A DNA stretch of 64,000 nt from Phoronis australis (taxonomy: Eukaryota > Animalia > Phoronida), in the NCBI GenBank assembly GCA_002633005.1, contig NMRA01000570.1, forward strand, positions 62,001-126,000, read 5' to 3'. The position numbers and the translations under genes are program-made. Below, piece by piece: positions 12,301 to 23,633 of the stretch. Numbering within the stretch: position 1 is the first letter of the stretch; the number at the start of each line of letters is the position of its first letter. Under the pieces are notes generated by a model. It had not been told where the DNA came from and made no database searches. It saw only the letters and a program-made list of their open reading frames with translations.

Positions 12301-15300
12301 GAGCATGTCACCGTCAGTAATCAAGTTGATATCTCCTTGGACACCACAGAATTTGCCCAATGATTGAGTGCCAGACGTCGACACGGAGAAGATCTCGACG
12401 TAGTCGGCGCCACAGTTGGGGAAAACTTGGAGATGGAAAAATTCACTGGTCAGAACAGTTTTCTAGAAAAAAATATGAAATTTAAGTCACATTTCATAAA
12501 ACAGGCACCAGTTTCCTGACGAAAAGTTGCTTTCCCTAGCAAAGTTCTTTCTGATAAATCTAAGGCCCTACAAAGGGTTCACATTAGGAGTTCGAAACTA
12601 TACAAGTCCACCGAAGGTTATCAATATTATCCATATTTTAAAAAAATAAATGTGTAAAATAGCTCATTTAAACAACATGGTATGTCTTGTTGTACTGCTT
12701 GGGGTTTTATGGGTTAGAAATTCAGCTGTCTAAATATCCTTATGAAATGGCTAATTTTATGGAATTAACCCCTGCAAAAGGGTGATAATTTTACAAATCT
12801 TACTTTTTCATGAAAGCTCTTAATTGATCCCTTGTTCAAATAAACTCTCTAAATGGATGGGTATCTCAATATTCCAACTACACCCTCCGTCAAAATATAT
12901 ATTCGAGTACTCCCACGAGCAAAATGGCTACATGTGCACGTCGGACGCGATGTAGCGACGAAGCTACGCCACCTTTTGTCGTGTCAAGCGCAAAATATTC
13001 GTCGCCATCAGGGATTCCAAGGGACCAACTGCATGTTTCAGAAAAAAAGAGAAGAATTACAAATGGTATTGAAGTTAGTGTGTAAGTTGCGACAGGGTCT
13101 CACTTTGCCAATAATCTTTGCCGTGTCTCAGATTCTATTACACGATGTAAAACGTGTTTTATTTCGGATGAAAAAATGAAAGCTACACGAAGGTGAAGAC
13201 TCAGAATATGAGAAAAAGAACAAGGGTTTCAATATGGATTGGGTCAGTTGCCAAAATTTTCCCATTAAAAGGGTAAATTTTGGTAATATCCCAAAACGTG
13301 GTGCATCACCAAATTGTTTACCTTTCCAGGTTCTGCTTTTATCAACCACTTGCACGAGAGGTTGTGGCCATAATGACGACGTCCATCATATCCTGGTGAA
13401 GCTATCACGCCATTTTTATCTGTAAGCACCGCCCCTTCCTCAGAACAAGGCTCCCCACGGACTGATCTGCGCTTGCGCTTCAAATTGTCTGAAACCAAAG
13501 AACGTAAATTAAGGGTGTAAAATAAAACATTACTGGAGCTCCTTTAAAAAGTTTTGTCCCTCATTCAGAGTGTATAAGACGGCAGGTTAAGAAGGCTTAC
13601 ATGTAGATTATCGGTGAAACCAATCGTTGCAGAGTGCATTTGCCAAATATTTTCTGGCAATAGAAACATACATTTTCGAAAGACTTTTTACAGTCACTGG
13701 ATAAATAAGAAAAAAATGTCCATTATTTTTTAGCCAACTGACTCAGTGTGGAAGTTTACCCTGTGTTACGGCGACGTATCTGGCTGCGAATCCCTTTGCC
13801 TGTACCGTATAGTCAGTCGTAAGCCGTACCAAAAGCTGATTACTGGTTGAAAGGTATGTTTTTGGACCCATTCGTCCACACCGTCGGTCAAGCTCGTCAC
13901 GTCCACTTGGCGTGAAGTCATAAATGAGCAGACGGTCACATTCACATTTCTGCTGCTCACCGCACGGTTCAATGTCCATGTCTAAAATCTCCAGTTTGAC
14001 ACGCTGAAATAAAGATTATGGGCTCATGGGAAGGTCTGAGAATTTTAATTTTGAGAGCAAGATCAGCCGCTATCTGCACGTTAAATCATCTTAAGCTGCA
14101 AAGACGAGCGACCACATAGAATATAAAGCTTCTCTATAAAATGTCAAGTAAACAAAAATCTCGAGTAATAGAGAATAAATACATACTGGCGTACCTTTGT
14201 GGACGCCGGAAGTCGTATCTTTAAAAAATCAGGTGACTCTTTCAAGCAAGTCCTCTGTGAAAAGGGTTTTTCAAAAATTAGCGTTTTAGTTATCGAATTC
14301 AGTGGATAAGCGAGAATTTTAGTCATATCTTTGATGAGTAGCCTTCACAAATGTTTGGCGTTTTCAAAAGTTCACGTTTTGTTGCTGCTTTGCGAATGCA
14401 GGAGTTGTTTATGGAAGCCGTATCCTCAAAGAAAGGTTGCTGTTTCAAACAGAGTCATGATTACGAGGTCTAAACAGTGTTAAGCCGTAATTTGTCATTC
14501 TAGGCATGCATAAGAAACCTGTCAACACTTCCTGTGGCGCAAAAGTGTAACTGTGATTAGTCTTATTATGTAATCCATTCAGACTGATGGCCGGTAATTC
14601 TGATTTCTAGAGGCTCTTTGAGCGAACAGTCTGCGTATTGCGAAATACTCAGTTCACTTATGACGATACAAATTTCAACACAACATGTGAAAATGATATC
14701 TGCGTACAAAAAGCCTATAACTTGAAATTCCAGTTAATATGCGTGCACAGATTAAAAAGCAGTATGCACCCGAAGGCTAGCCAGTCTTTATCATTAAAAT
14801 CAGTGTTTCTTATTTTTTCATTTTATTTCTGAGCGGCTTTGCCGGCATTGAATTTATGCTCTTACTGTCACAATTATTTTCTAATATATAGCAGTTGCGT
14901 CCTATGCACGTGCATACACATGGCAGAGAGCGAAAGCAAGTCGAGTTCTTATTTGTTTCTGAGAGGCCGAATTGCGATGCAATTGAAATACAGGTCGTGG
15001 TAAAACTTTAATTATGACATTTCCGTAACTTTCTGTTGATAGGAGTTCAAACTTAGCTGAACGCAGTAATATTTCATCATGGCAGAAAAAATAACATCGC
15101 CAAGTACAGAAGAACTCTCATTTGAATGAGGCATGTTTAAAATAAAATCGACCATAGATACAGAGACAGGCTGTCCATAAATATAAAGACAGTCTATAGA
15201 TATAGATATAGACTGTGTCTACTTTTTAGGATAAACAAGTGAACTTTTCTTTCCCACGACAAACTCGCGGACGTTCTCGTCGATGATGTCCCGCGTTTAT

Positions 15301-18107
15301 TTGTCACGAATGCAAATCTTTTATAACACAAATTCAAGGGTTGGACCTATATTATAAGTAGAGTTTGATCCCGGGGCTTAACTTACCATTCCCTGTGGAA
15401 CGGTGATGTTCCAAGAACAGTTTGCGTATCTCGCGTAGTTCACATGAGGATAACCTGGTGACGTAAACTCGTCACACAGTTTAGTCAAACTAGTGACAGG
15501 GGCGCAGTAGTGTTACCCGATCCGAGTCTACAAAGAAAATATTACTAAATTTGTTACGAAGCGGCTCCTGGGAATTTGAGGAATTGTGTTTGAACTGTAT
15601 CTAACAAAGAAGACCATAGTGGTTGCACTTGGATGACTTCGCCGGTTCCGTCAGTGAGGTCAATTGGCGAATACATTGGTTCTTGATGACGGCTTCGGCC
15701 GGCTTACAAACCAATCAGATGGCTTAGCCAGTGGAACGGGCGAAATCAACCAAGCGTAACCAATGACACTGATGACAAAGCAGAAAACCCCCAGAAGCAT
15801 GACAGCTTTGAAATTCCAAAACTACTGAAAGGTATTTCAACAGCAAATGAATTGACCAGGTTTCCAGAGTGTTCCTCTACCTCACTGTCTACCAACAGGT
15901 AAATGTTTCGGCAGGCAACTGCGAAATTGTGACAAGTGTCAATAGTAAGTTTGCTTTGGACAATATCCAAGTACCTTGAGTTTACTGGTGGTTATTTCAT
16001 CGCATTATCAACTAGATGAAGCGAATTATTGTGTACAATTTGCGTGATATTATCACAGCAAAATTAACGTAAATCATGTGAATCACAGTGTGATGTTTCA
16101 ATAGGGGCAATCCGTCGAACATAATAAAGAAATTGTGATGGACACAACAAAGGGAATATTACACTAGGTTACATACATAGACGTGTGACTGCAACTCGGT
16201 TATGGTCTCCTGTGATGCATTATTACCGAACTCTCATGATGTCCTCGATTTTGACAGAATAAACTAGTCCATTTGCCTAACAATTTTTGTGCCACATGTT
16301 CTTGCCCTGGACTGCGTTCCGTAGACCTAGACTCCCAGGGGAAAACCATGCGTGAACATGTGCTTCGGCTGTAATTCACAGCGAGTGTGTGATCTCGCCT
16401 TTCTGTCGAGAATATCATAATTCAAAGCAAAACATATATGCAAATCTACATCATGTACTAATGTATTACGTAATATAATGAAAGAGGCATCGATGAAACA
16501 ACGAAATTAATCACTCGGAACTGACACAAAATCTCTTTTGTGACATATTTTACATTTACATATGAATAGTTTTGCCAATTTTACAACATGTAATAATTAA
16601 TCATGGTAATTAACTCACCTGAGGAACATCCCCCCTATGTATTTGACCATCCTAGTCGAGCAGAAAATTGTATCCTACACCTATAGTTTCTCAGAAGAGT
16701 CAGAAAATCCAAACATTGCTACTTTAATGGATATAGTTACATTACAACTAAAAACTTGATTTAACTAACAGGATTAGCTATTTGATGGAGACATTGATAC
16801 CCTAGAGCAACGTAAACTATGGATCTCGGTCTCAGGGACCTCGTTATAGACTAAAAAGATTATAAGTAGCATTTTCAATTTCAAAAACAAAAAGAACGAT
16901 TGTTTGAAACGAATGTTGAAGCAATATGAGCTGAGTCGAATACTTGCGTTTTCGACAGAAATCTTATAAAAATCATTCATTTTCATAATATAGTGTCGGT
17001 AGTCCAAGTACAATTTGTTGATAATCAAATTTATCTCTTACTTTTTAATTACTGCAGGGATGCCTAAATATTCTGCAAAAGATGGTCGAAGTCCCTCGCG
17101 AGTACAAAATTTAAGATGGTCAAGAAGTCCTCCTGAAGGATAAACCAAAATGTGCTATGAGACCCTTTATACACCCTTTCCATCTGTTCTTGTACAAGAC
17201 TGGTTTTCTACCAATACGAAGAGAGCCATTGGAGCATAACGGTTAAAATTCCAAGTGCCTCACGCTATTGACAATAAACGCCAAATCATATAAAGACATA
17301 AACACGTTCTTTCAAAAGGCGTTTTCGATTTCTGCTTCGTTTCAGTTAAACTTTTAATAAAACGGATTTTAAAGAAAGTTTGCCCAGTTAAATGATGCTC
17401 CGAATATTTTCGTACTTGACTGAACTTAATATGAATTTTTTAGTTTAATTTTTATTTTTGGTGATGCACCACCACTTAAAATGGCCGCCGTGGTGAGTGA
17501 CAGCTGACTCATGCATTATGGGTATTCATTGTAATCTAAATTCAATCTAAGGGTTACCTGTAGCTTACCCTACTTTCTCTGATTCGCTCATTCATCCACC
17601 AGTCAACCTCCCAAAAGATAAAATAGTAATCGCAAGCGCTCTCACACTCGTTGTACCAGACGTGCGCAGGCCGAGCATGTGGGCCCATTGCACTGATCAC
17701 CAGAAACCATTCTATGTTTAATTAATATATGGTTAAAACCAAGCTGAGGAGCTAGAAACCTGGCTCAAGGGTTTAACAGTGTGACCTGGTGGGACTCGAA
17801 CCCACGACCTCGAGTAAAGAAAGCGGGCACCTATCACATTAGGCCACACTGCCTCCTCTCAAAAGATAAACTGTAGCTTACTTTGTTTTTTGGCCAAGTT
17901 TTCGTCATTTTGAATTTGTTTACTGTGGGTATGTCCAAATATGGCTTTCACAGCGTTAGCAACACTTCTGTTGATGTCTTGTAGACGGAACCTTTTGAAC
18001 AGTTTACTCAATTCCACCTCCTCATCACGTGACTCTTCCAAGGAAGCAGCTGACACAGTTACCAACAAACAAACGAGAAACGCACTTTTCAACGTTTGAC
18101 TCGTCAT
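1..18107 (-). CDS. Secreted CUB-CUB-(SUEL/rhamnose-binding lectin)n protein; multi-exon, 3' end beyond window start
   Basis: GT-AG exons read manually: 18107-17882 (signal peptide/propeptide), 15527-15387 and 14003-13760 (CUB1), 13488-13322 and 12462-12237 (CUB2), 9488-9132 (or duplicate 4016-3660), 1912-1556, 312-<1 (SUEL repeats with ANYGR and FGDPC..KYL motifs). Phases are compatible except at the 15527 exon. Confidence 0.85.
1556..1912 (-). CDS. SUEL lectin exon 2 plus P/T/S linker
   Basis: ACEYRSVTLSCSQGHVIRVTMANYGRTERDKC...FGDPCHGVMKYLVVEYYC; 357 nt, phase 1-1. Confidence 0.92.
2060..2221. mobile_element. Small MITE-like element with internal duplication
   Basis: 10-bp terminal inverted repeat CATGGGCGGC / GCCGCCCATG; internal repeated gcactga.aaaagtggga...agcccc unit; no clear TSD. 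Confidence 0.5.
3660..4016 (-). CDS. SUEL lectin exon (second copy/allele of exon 9132-9488)
   Basis: 357 nt, phase 1-1, open frame, about 10 substitutions relative to 9132-9488. Confidence 0.85.
6750..6975 (-). CDS. Duplicate of CUB2 C-terminal exon (probably allelic/assembly copy)
   Basis: Appears identical to 12237-12462 at offset 5487; its phase-0 start cannot follow the phase-1 SUEL exon in frame. Confidence 0.55.
9132..9488 (-). CDS. SUEL lectin exon 1 plus P/T/S-rich linker
   Basis: ACEDKPVTLTCSQGHVIRVTTANYGRTVRDKC...RCHDQSSCTVPASNRIFGDPCPGVVKYLAVEYYC; 357 nt, phase 1-1. Confidence 0.92.
9845..9902 (+). repeat. Degenerate tRNA-like / SINE head (copy at about 4367-4424)
   Basis: CGAGTGGCCTAAG (A-box/D-arm-like) and GGTTCAAATCC (B box); no complete cloverleaf. 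Confidence 0.4.
12237..12462 (-). CDS. CUB2 C-terminal exon
   Basis: KTVLTSEFFHLQVFPNCGADYVEIFSVSTSGTQSLGKFCGVQGDINLITDGDMLVRFVSDGSGVSTGFKFYYATL (manual translation; not in the ORF track); 226 nt, phase 0 to 1, GTGAGC donor. Confidence 0.88.
13322..13488 (-). CDS. Linker with RKRR furin site plus CUB2 N-terminal exon
   Basis: DNLKRKRRSVRGEPCSEEGAVLTDKNGVIASPGYDGRRHYGHNLSCKWLIKAEPGK; 167 nt, phase 1 to 0. Confidence 0.9.
13760..14003 (-). CDS. CUB1 C-terminal exon
   Basis: RVKLEILDMDIEPC...CDRLLIYD...RRCG...STSNQLLVRLTTDYTVQAKGFAARY; ttcag acceptor, gtaaac donor, 244 nt, phase 0 to 1. Confidence 0.9.
15387..15527 (-). CDS. CUB1 N-terminal exon (frame disrupted near its 5' end)
   Basis: YCAPVTSLTKLCDEFTSPGYPHVNYARYANCSWNITVPQGM then GTAAGT; classic CUB SPGYP..Y....C.W.I motif; a TAA lies in frame just upstream of the first Cys. 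Confidence 0.75.
17623..17859 (-). mobile_element. tRNA-derived SINE in intron 1 of CUB-SUEL gene
   Basis: Minus strand has TGGCCTAATGTG (A-box-like) and GGTTCGAGTCC (B box); flanked by an 11-bp direct repeat CAAAAGATAAA (17612-17622 and 17860-17870), consistent with a TSD. Confidence 0.75.
17882..18107 (-). CDS. First coding exon of CUB-SUEL gene: signal peptide plus propeptide
   Basis: MTSQTLKSAFLVCLLVTVSAASLEESRDEEVELSKLFKRF...KKQ has a hydrophobic core and an A-x-A-like cleavage region; ends at GTAAGC donor (phase 1); TATA and Inr upstream. Linkage to the CUB exons is inferred from strand and position. Confidence 0.7.
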
Positions 18108-18126
18108 CTCTCTGGAGTCTCTCTTC

Positions 18127-18226
18127 ACTGAACGAAACAAGAGTAGAGCGTAACTTATTTATAGTCACACCTGACAGAGGTCCAGGAAGGAGGGCGAACA
18201 ACTTTATTGTCAGTCTGACCAATCAC
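18127..18226 (-). promoter_or_regulatory. Core promoter of CUB-SUEL gene
   Basis: TATAAATA on minus at 18163-18156, TCAGT initiator at 18131-18127 about 30 nt downstream, CCAAT box near 18219, ATG at 18107. Confidence 0.6.
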
Positions 18227-20524
18227 GCACGGGATGAGACCTAGATCATTATGAAACGGAAAATCATGGAACTGCAAAGACAAATCTTTTTGAGAACCAC
18301 AGCTACCGGTTATATCTATCAGTCATTGGTCAAGTACTTCGCAAGAGGTTCGTTGAAAGTAAAGAAATTTCTTTGCTTTCTGGTCACCGTTGCAGTGAAT
18401 ATGCCGTTTAAAACTGAGGTGGTCCAGACTCATTTTAAAAGGGCATTATCGCTTTTACTGCCAAAACGCAATTTTGGAGAATATTTTTGGATGGAATAAG
18501 AATTTTTGAAGGTATTAGCTTCGACCAACAATAAAAATCCGTTTTCGTGATTTTGTTACAAATCGCCGTTGTCTTCCAGAGATTCGCTGAAATCAAGGCC
18601 ATGTTTTGTAATTTATCGAGTGCGGTTCAGCCATACTGGATTAACTACTATTTGTTTCTTATTTTTATCTATTATCTCGTATTTAATCGATGGTTCACTG
18701 AGCTCGGTTGGCAGAGCGTTTTAGACTGTGACTGCGGGATTGTTGTACTTTTCCCGCCAATTATGTCCCCCTTAACAACTGACGTACTACATTTATAGTG
18801 CCTGGGATAAAAACGACCCTTTGATGGTACTGAACAACGATGTACAGAATCGGGAATATGTAAAAAGTAAACTGTGATGTCGGCCTGCAACTAAGTTCAT
18901 GGAAACATTGTCATTTCTTACAAGATTAGCTTCTAATCCTCAAAAAAATCATCTCTTAATCAGTCCATTTTCATAGATACATAAACATGTAAATCAGAAA
19001 CCACCAATCAAATCCATGAGGAATGCGTTTACCTTGATTTAATGACTTAATACCTGTTTGATCCCCTGTTAGTGAGATTAAACGACAAATTTTGTACCGA
19101 AGTCAAAAGCAATGCATTTATTGTCATTTAAATTGTGAGTAAATTTTTGGAAAGTGTCCAAATTTCACTGCATCGATGTACTTGAGGGTTGTTTTAGATA
19201 GGCAAAAAGTGTCCAAGTGCACTTAACTATTTGGGGGTCGGATTATAGAGTTTTTTCATATTGAGGCTTTAATTTAATTCCCTGTATCGTAATCATTTCT
19301 TAAAAGATTAGCTTGTAATTGCCAAAATCATCTATTAGCTTTCGTAGATACATAAACATTTAAATCAGAAACCAACGAATTTGTTGACCAAAACGGAATG
19401 TTATAGGCAGGCATGCTCGCAGATTTTTGACGGGTAACCGGGGGAAATGGGAGATTGGGCATTCATAGTTTGCTCCTTTCCGATGTACCTATGACGGTTC
19501 ACTAGTTGAACTTGGCCTCAAAAAAGCTGAAATATTTGTTTTTTATTGCGGGTATTTGAGTACACTCGTTCGACATGTACACGGTCACCCCAATTGTAGC
19601 ATAGATAACAGTGTTTTCCACATGTGGGAATTCCATACAAACAACTCATAGTAACAGTTTTCAAAAGTAATACTGTTCTTGTGACACTAAAGGAATCAGT
19701 CAAATCTATAAATAACCATCTTAAATAGTCCTCTTGTGTAGTTCACAAATAGCGGTCTTCACGTTCTTCAAAATTCCACCCTTTCTATGGCGGTCAATCT
19801 TATTGTATTTTGTTCACATTTTTTGTTGTTTGGGTCGAATGTCTTGATACTGCTGTGCTGTGCACGAATGTTTTGTGTTTTTTAATGAATTTGGATTCTC
19901 AACTTCCCACCTGAGTACTTGGCGGTGTCGGATTTACATGTATAGAGGGACAAAGGGACATTTCCCCGAACTGCTCCACCGAGAGAGGGTCCGGGACACC
20001 TTAATTATGAAAGGCTAAACATCATTAAGCTTGGAAAAGAGTGACAGTTCATTCCACCGTCGTGTGGTCACATGACGGTACAGGAAGTGACCTTCCTAAA
20101 CATAAAAGTCGGTTGCACTATTTCACAAAAACAGGAAACTGGACGTAATCGAGTCCAACTTTGGCCCTCTCTCCGTGAGTGGACCATTAAGAATTTGTCA
20201 ATAAAAGCATAAAAAGGGTGGCCACTTTAATGTCACCAATAGCCTCCTTCAAGGGAGGGGCCCCTCAATATGAAAATATCTATATGTTGAAAAATCAAGA
20301 AATGTGCAGCAATTGATGATATCCGTCAGGTCATCATTTTTTTCTGACTTAAGTTAATTTTTGATTTTAAGATTTGTCTTAACTTCCAAACTTTGAAACT
20401 TCCTCATTCGGTAAGTTAGTCAAAATTAAGGCAAAACTTATGTCAGACATGTAAGTCAAACTTAAGATCTCTTTCTTTAATTGGTTTTGAGAGAAATTTA
20501 ACTTTATTTTAAAATATTTTTTAA

Positions 20525-21630
20525 GAATTTATTATCATTTATTAAACAGTACAAAAACAAACAAATAAGTACTTCCATTCATTCACGCATGCATACCTCA
20601 GGAAAGACCATTCTCGTATCTCGTTTAAAGTAAATAACTTCTACATGTAGTTAACGTGAACAACGAAATTTTCCCATTTCGCAGAGAAGCTGTCATATAC
20701 AAAGTTTTTGTATGCAATTAATTTTTCAGCATTGTAGTACTCATAAATATATGTAATAAACCTGTGAAAATTGGGTATATTTTTGTGACATTTCTCCTTG
20801 TAAATGTACTGTTTGGCTGTTAGAAGCAAAATGTTAAAATGAGAATCATGCGTCTCGTAAAACCCAAGAATAACTCGATCGTAAGAGAGACTGTTGGGAA
20901 ACTGAATGCGACACTTTTGCATTAGCTGTCCGAATTCCTTCCAGAAATCTTGTACAATGCGACATTCCCAAAAAAGGTGTGACAGCATCTCTGGAGCTTC
21001 ATTACAAAAAGTGCATAAATTACAATCCCGAACACGGATTTTGACTAAAGAGGTATTTGTTGCAATAATCCTATGTAAATTAGAACCATCTAATGTTGGG
21101 ATCCTTTGTAATTTCATCAGGCAATGCATATATTTTCTTCCAATCTAAACTATCCCCTAACTCTATTTCCCATGTACACTCTGACTTAGAAGGTTTCTTA
21201 ACGTCATTAAAAACTGAACAAATATGTCTACAACCCTTCAAATCTTTCCGTAAGTGAGTGATTGCTAAAGGCATGCAAGGAGCGTAGACATTAACACTTT
21301 TAAATTTACTTTAAAACAGACTTTTTGAAACTTTCTTAGACCGGAAACAACACCATTATATTCTGCAAAGTTGGTTTTTACATCGAACTTATTTTTCATG
21401 TGGTTCAAACTAACGAAATCACCATCAGAAGTATACATATCTCTAATAAATCTTAAGCCTTTTACAAACCAAGGCTTATAAAAACACTCAGTTGTGCCCC
21501 CGATCGCCAAGTTACTATTAAACCACAAAGGTTGATTGAAAAAATCCTCCTTACTTGCAACAATTATTTTCTTGTAGAACGATGTCATACTTCCAAATAT
21601 TTCGCGCCAGTAGAAATTACCAATTAGAGC
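20525..21630 (-). mobile_element. 5'-truncated, frameshifted non-LTR retrotransposon (Tx1/L1-type ORF2 C-terminus)
   Basis: Three consecutive ORF pieces (21588-21265, 21274-21080, 21129-20641) with QPLWFNSNL..FYKPWFVKGLRFIRDM and zinc knuckle CTFC-x8-HLFWEC; short 3' UTR ending in AATAAA repeats. Confidence 0.85.
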
Positions 21631-23588
21631 TAACTAATATACTAAAATTTAAGATTTGTCTTAGCTAAGTCAGTTTTGTTCTAACGGGCCCCTGGATCTT
21701 AGAATTCAAGCTCTTAGTTATCCATGAATTGAACTAGCCGAGACCATAGAAAATGACAGCTTTTCTGGATTAAAGAAAATGGAAATTTTGGAAAATCGAA
21801 AATAATACATGTACGCTTTTATAACAAAATGAATTACTTCTTAGCCTTTTCTCTATTTTCGAATGATGTCTAACACGCTTTATAACATACAAATTTTACT
21901 GAAGACCTTGAAAAAACGATGGTATTTCGGCATCCCTGAATGCTACACCGGTCGGCGGTATCTTTCAAAACACCATCAGTGACTGAGATTGCTATGTGGC
22001 ATTACATACTGCAACCTAGCTCTCCTAAGGACACGACCAAAAAAGCTACCGACATGCAGTTTTTAGGGCGTAGATGGGTATTTTCGAAAATCGTCGTTGC
22101 CCACCGCCTTTGCGACATTCGCCAGTGCATTGGCAGGGTGTTATGGATGAAAATTTGTTTACGAAGGCTATTCATCCAACGATTTCTTGTAGGAGTCCCG
22201 GCATAAAATCCATTTTTTTTCACCCGTCCCGCTGTGACCCCAATCATGCATTTTTTCCTAATCCTATTGCTTCCGCACAAAGATACGGAGTGTACCTTTG
22301 CCATCCGAGTCCGGCTGAGAATGAGCTCTCCCCAGTAGCCGGGCTGTCCCAGACCTCACTAACCGTACTCCGGCAGTGGTGACAAGTCTGATACGAGCGC
22401 AAATAGTTTTTCTTTCAGCCAACAGGGGCGTTGAATGAATAACGTCATGTGACTGTTATCTACTTAAATGATTGGTAAACAAGTACAGTCATCGAATATA
22501 TGTTCACGACGCCATTGGGTTTTGAAGAAATATGGGTTGAGGTAAAGGCTATTTTTGTAATCGTTTTTAGTGATTATTAGTCATCATAACATACCCTTTG
22601 TCCAGTTTATGTTTGTACGTTTCACATCAATCAACTGGCCTTAAATAGATTTTGTAAATGACAGAGACCAGACAGTAGAAATTACCGACCACATCGGCGG
22701 GTGAAGTCACTGAAATGCAGTGTCACTTCGAGTCGTCAGTCAACAATACTCAATAGTCTGACGTCATGGATGATGGACGTGGTCGTTTTATTCGAGTTCA
22801 TCATATTAGGATTATAAGAGAAAACACTCTCAGATAGAGTAATGTGCAGTATTTCTTTTTGGTGGTCCCTGATCGTGGGAAACCGGTTCTATCCACTGAG
22901 TAACAGGAGGCGCTATTCACTTCAGTGATTGCGACCGGACTGCCTCCTTGTTCTCAAATCGGAAACTATTTCGCCAATACAAAGCCAATAGGCTTACCTC
23001 ATTTTTGCCCCAAAAGATAGCGGTTCACGTGCACTGTTACAGAAGGTGGAAGCGATTCCATGCCTACTCCTCTAAATTCCAAAACCGGCCCCTAAACTCC
23101 ACACGTGCTCCGAAAATATTCCAACTCCAAGTGGGCCAACTGGGACTACTGGGAGGCATCGTAGATTATAGACAATATACTCGAGGAGGCGCCACTCTCC
23201 TAAATTATCTGGTACAGTTTCCGGTTAGTGTATTGTGACGGGAAATTCTCACTTCTACTTTACTGTCTAGTACAACGAAAAAAATATATTTCGGCAGTGA
23301 AACGCTGTTCAAAGTCTTCCAATAGTAGAACTGTTGGTATCATGAGTGCTTTTAACAATGCTACTACCTCCCAACCACACAACAGCCGACCATGATAAGC
23401 AGACGACGTACTTGCTGGAAATGATACCAGATAATTTGGCCAGGTGTCGCTGGTGAATAATGACGTAACGGCTTATGCGTAAGAGCATAGCTATCATCCA
23501 TTGAAAGTATACGGAGTTGGCGGTCCATGTATTGTAGTCTGTGATGGCATGAGCCTAGCTATTTTCCTATACAGTATAGGTGATCGCT

Positions 23589-23633
23589 AAGGTATATCCC
23601 TGCCCTAGTATTACTAGGCCAGGGATATACCTT
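23589..23633. repeat. 45-bp near-perfect palindrome
   Basis: AAGGTATATCCCTG(c)CCTAGTA-t-TACTAGG(c)CAGGGATATACCTT; one mismatch. Confidence 0.85.

Larger units (their letters stand above)
2139..13092 (+). repeat. About 5.5-kb direct tandem duplication (2139-7605 / 7607-13092) joined by a single N
   Basis: Colinear end to end; N at 7606 is exactly the junction; likely uncollapsed haplotypes. Confidence 0.95.

Noticed and set aside
16200-16680. Possible extra exons between exon 1 and CUB1
   Set aside because: Donor at 16618 gives stops in the required phase; the 16200-16418 ORF lacks a convincing donor or motif.
17780-17857. Functional tRNA gene
   Set aside because: Has A/B boxes but no proper cloverleaf; continues into a body bounded by a TSD, so called a SINE.
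18695-18760. tRNA-like AGCTCGGTTGGCAGAGCG
   Set aside because: A-box only, with no B box or stems.
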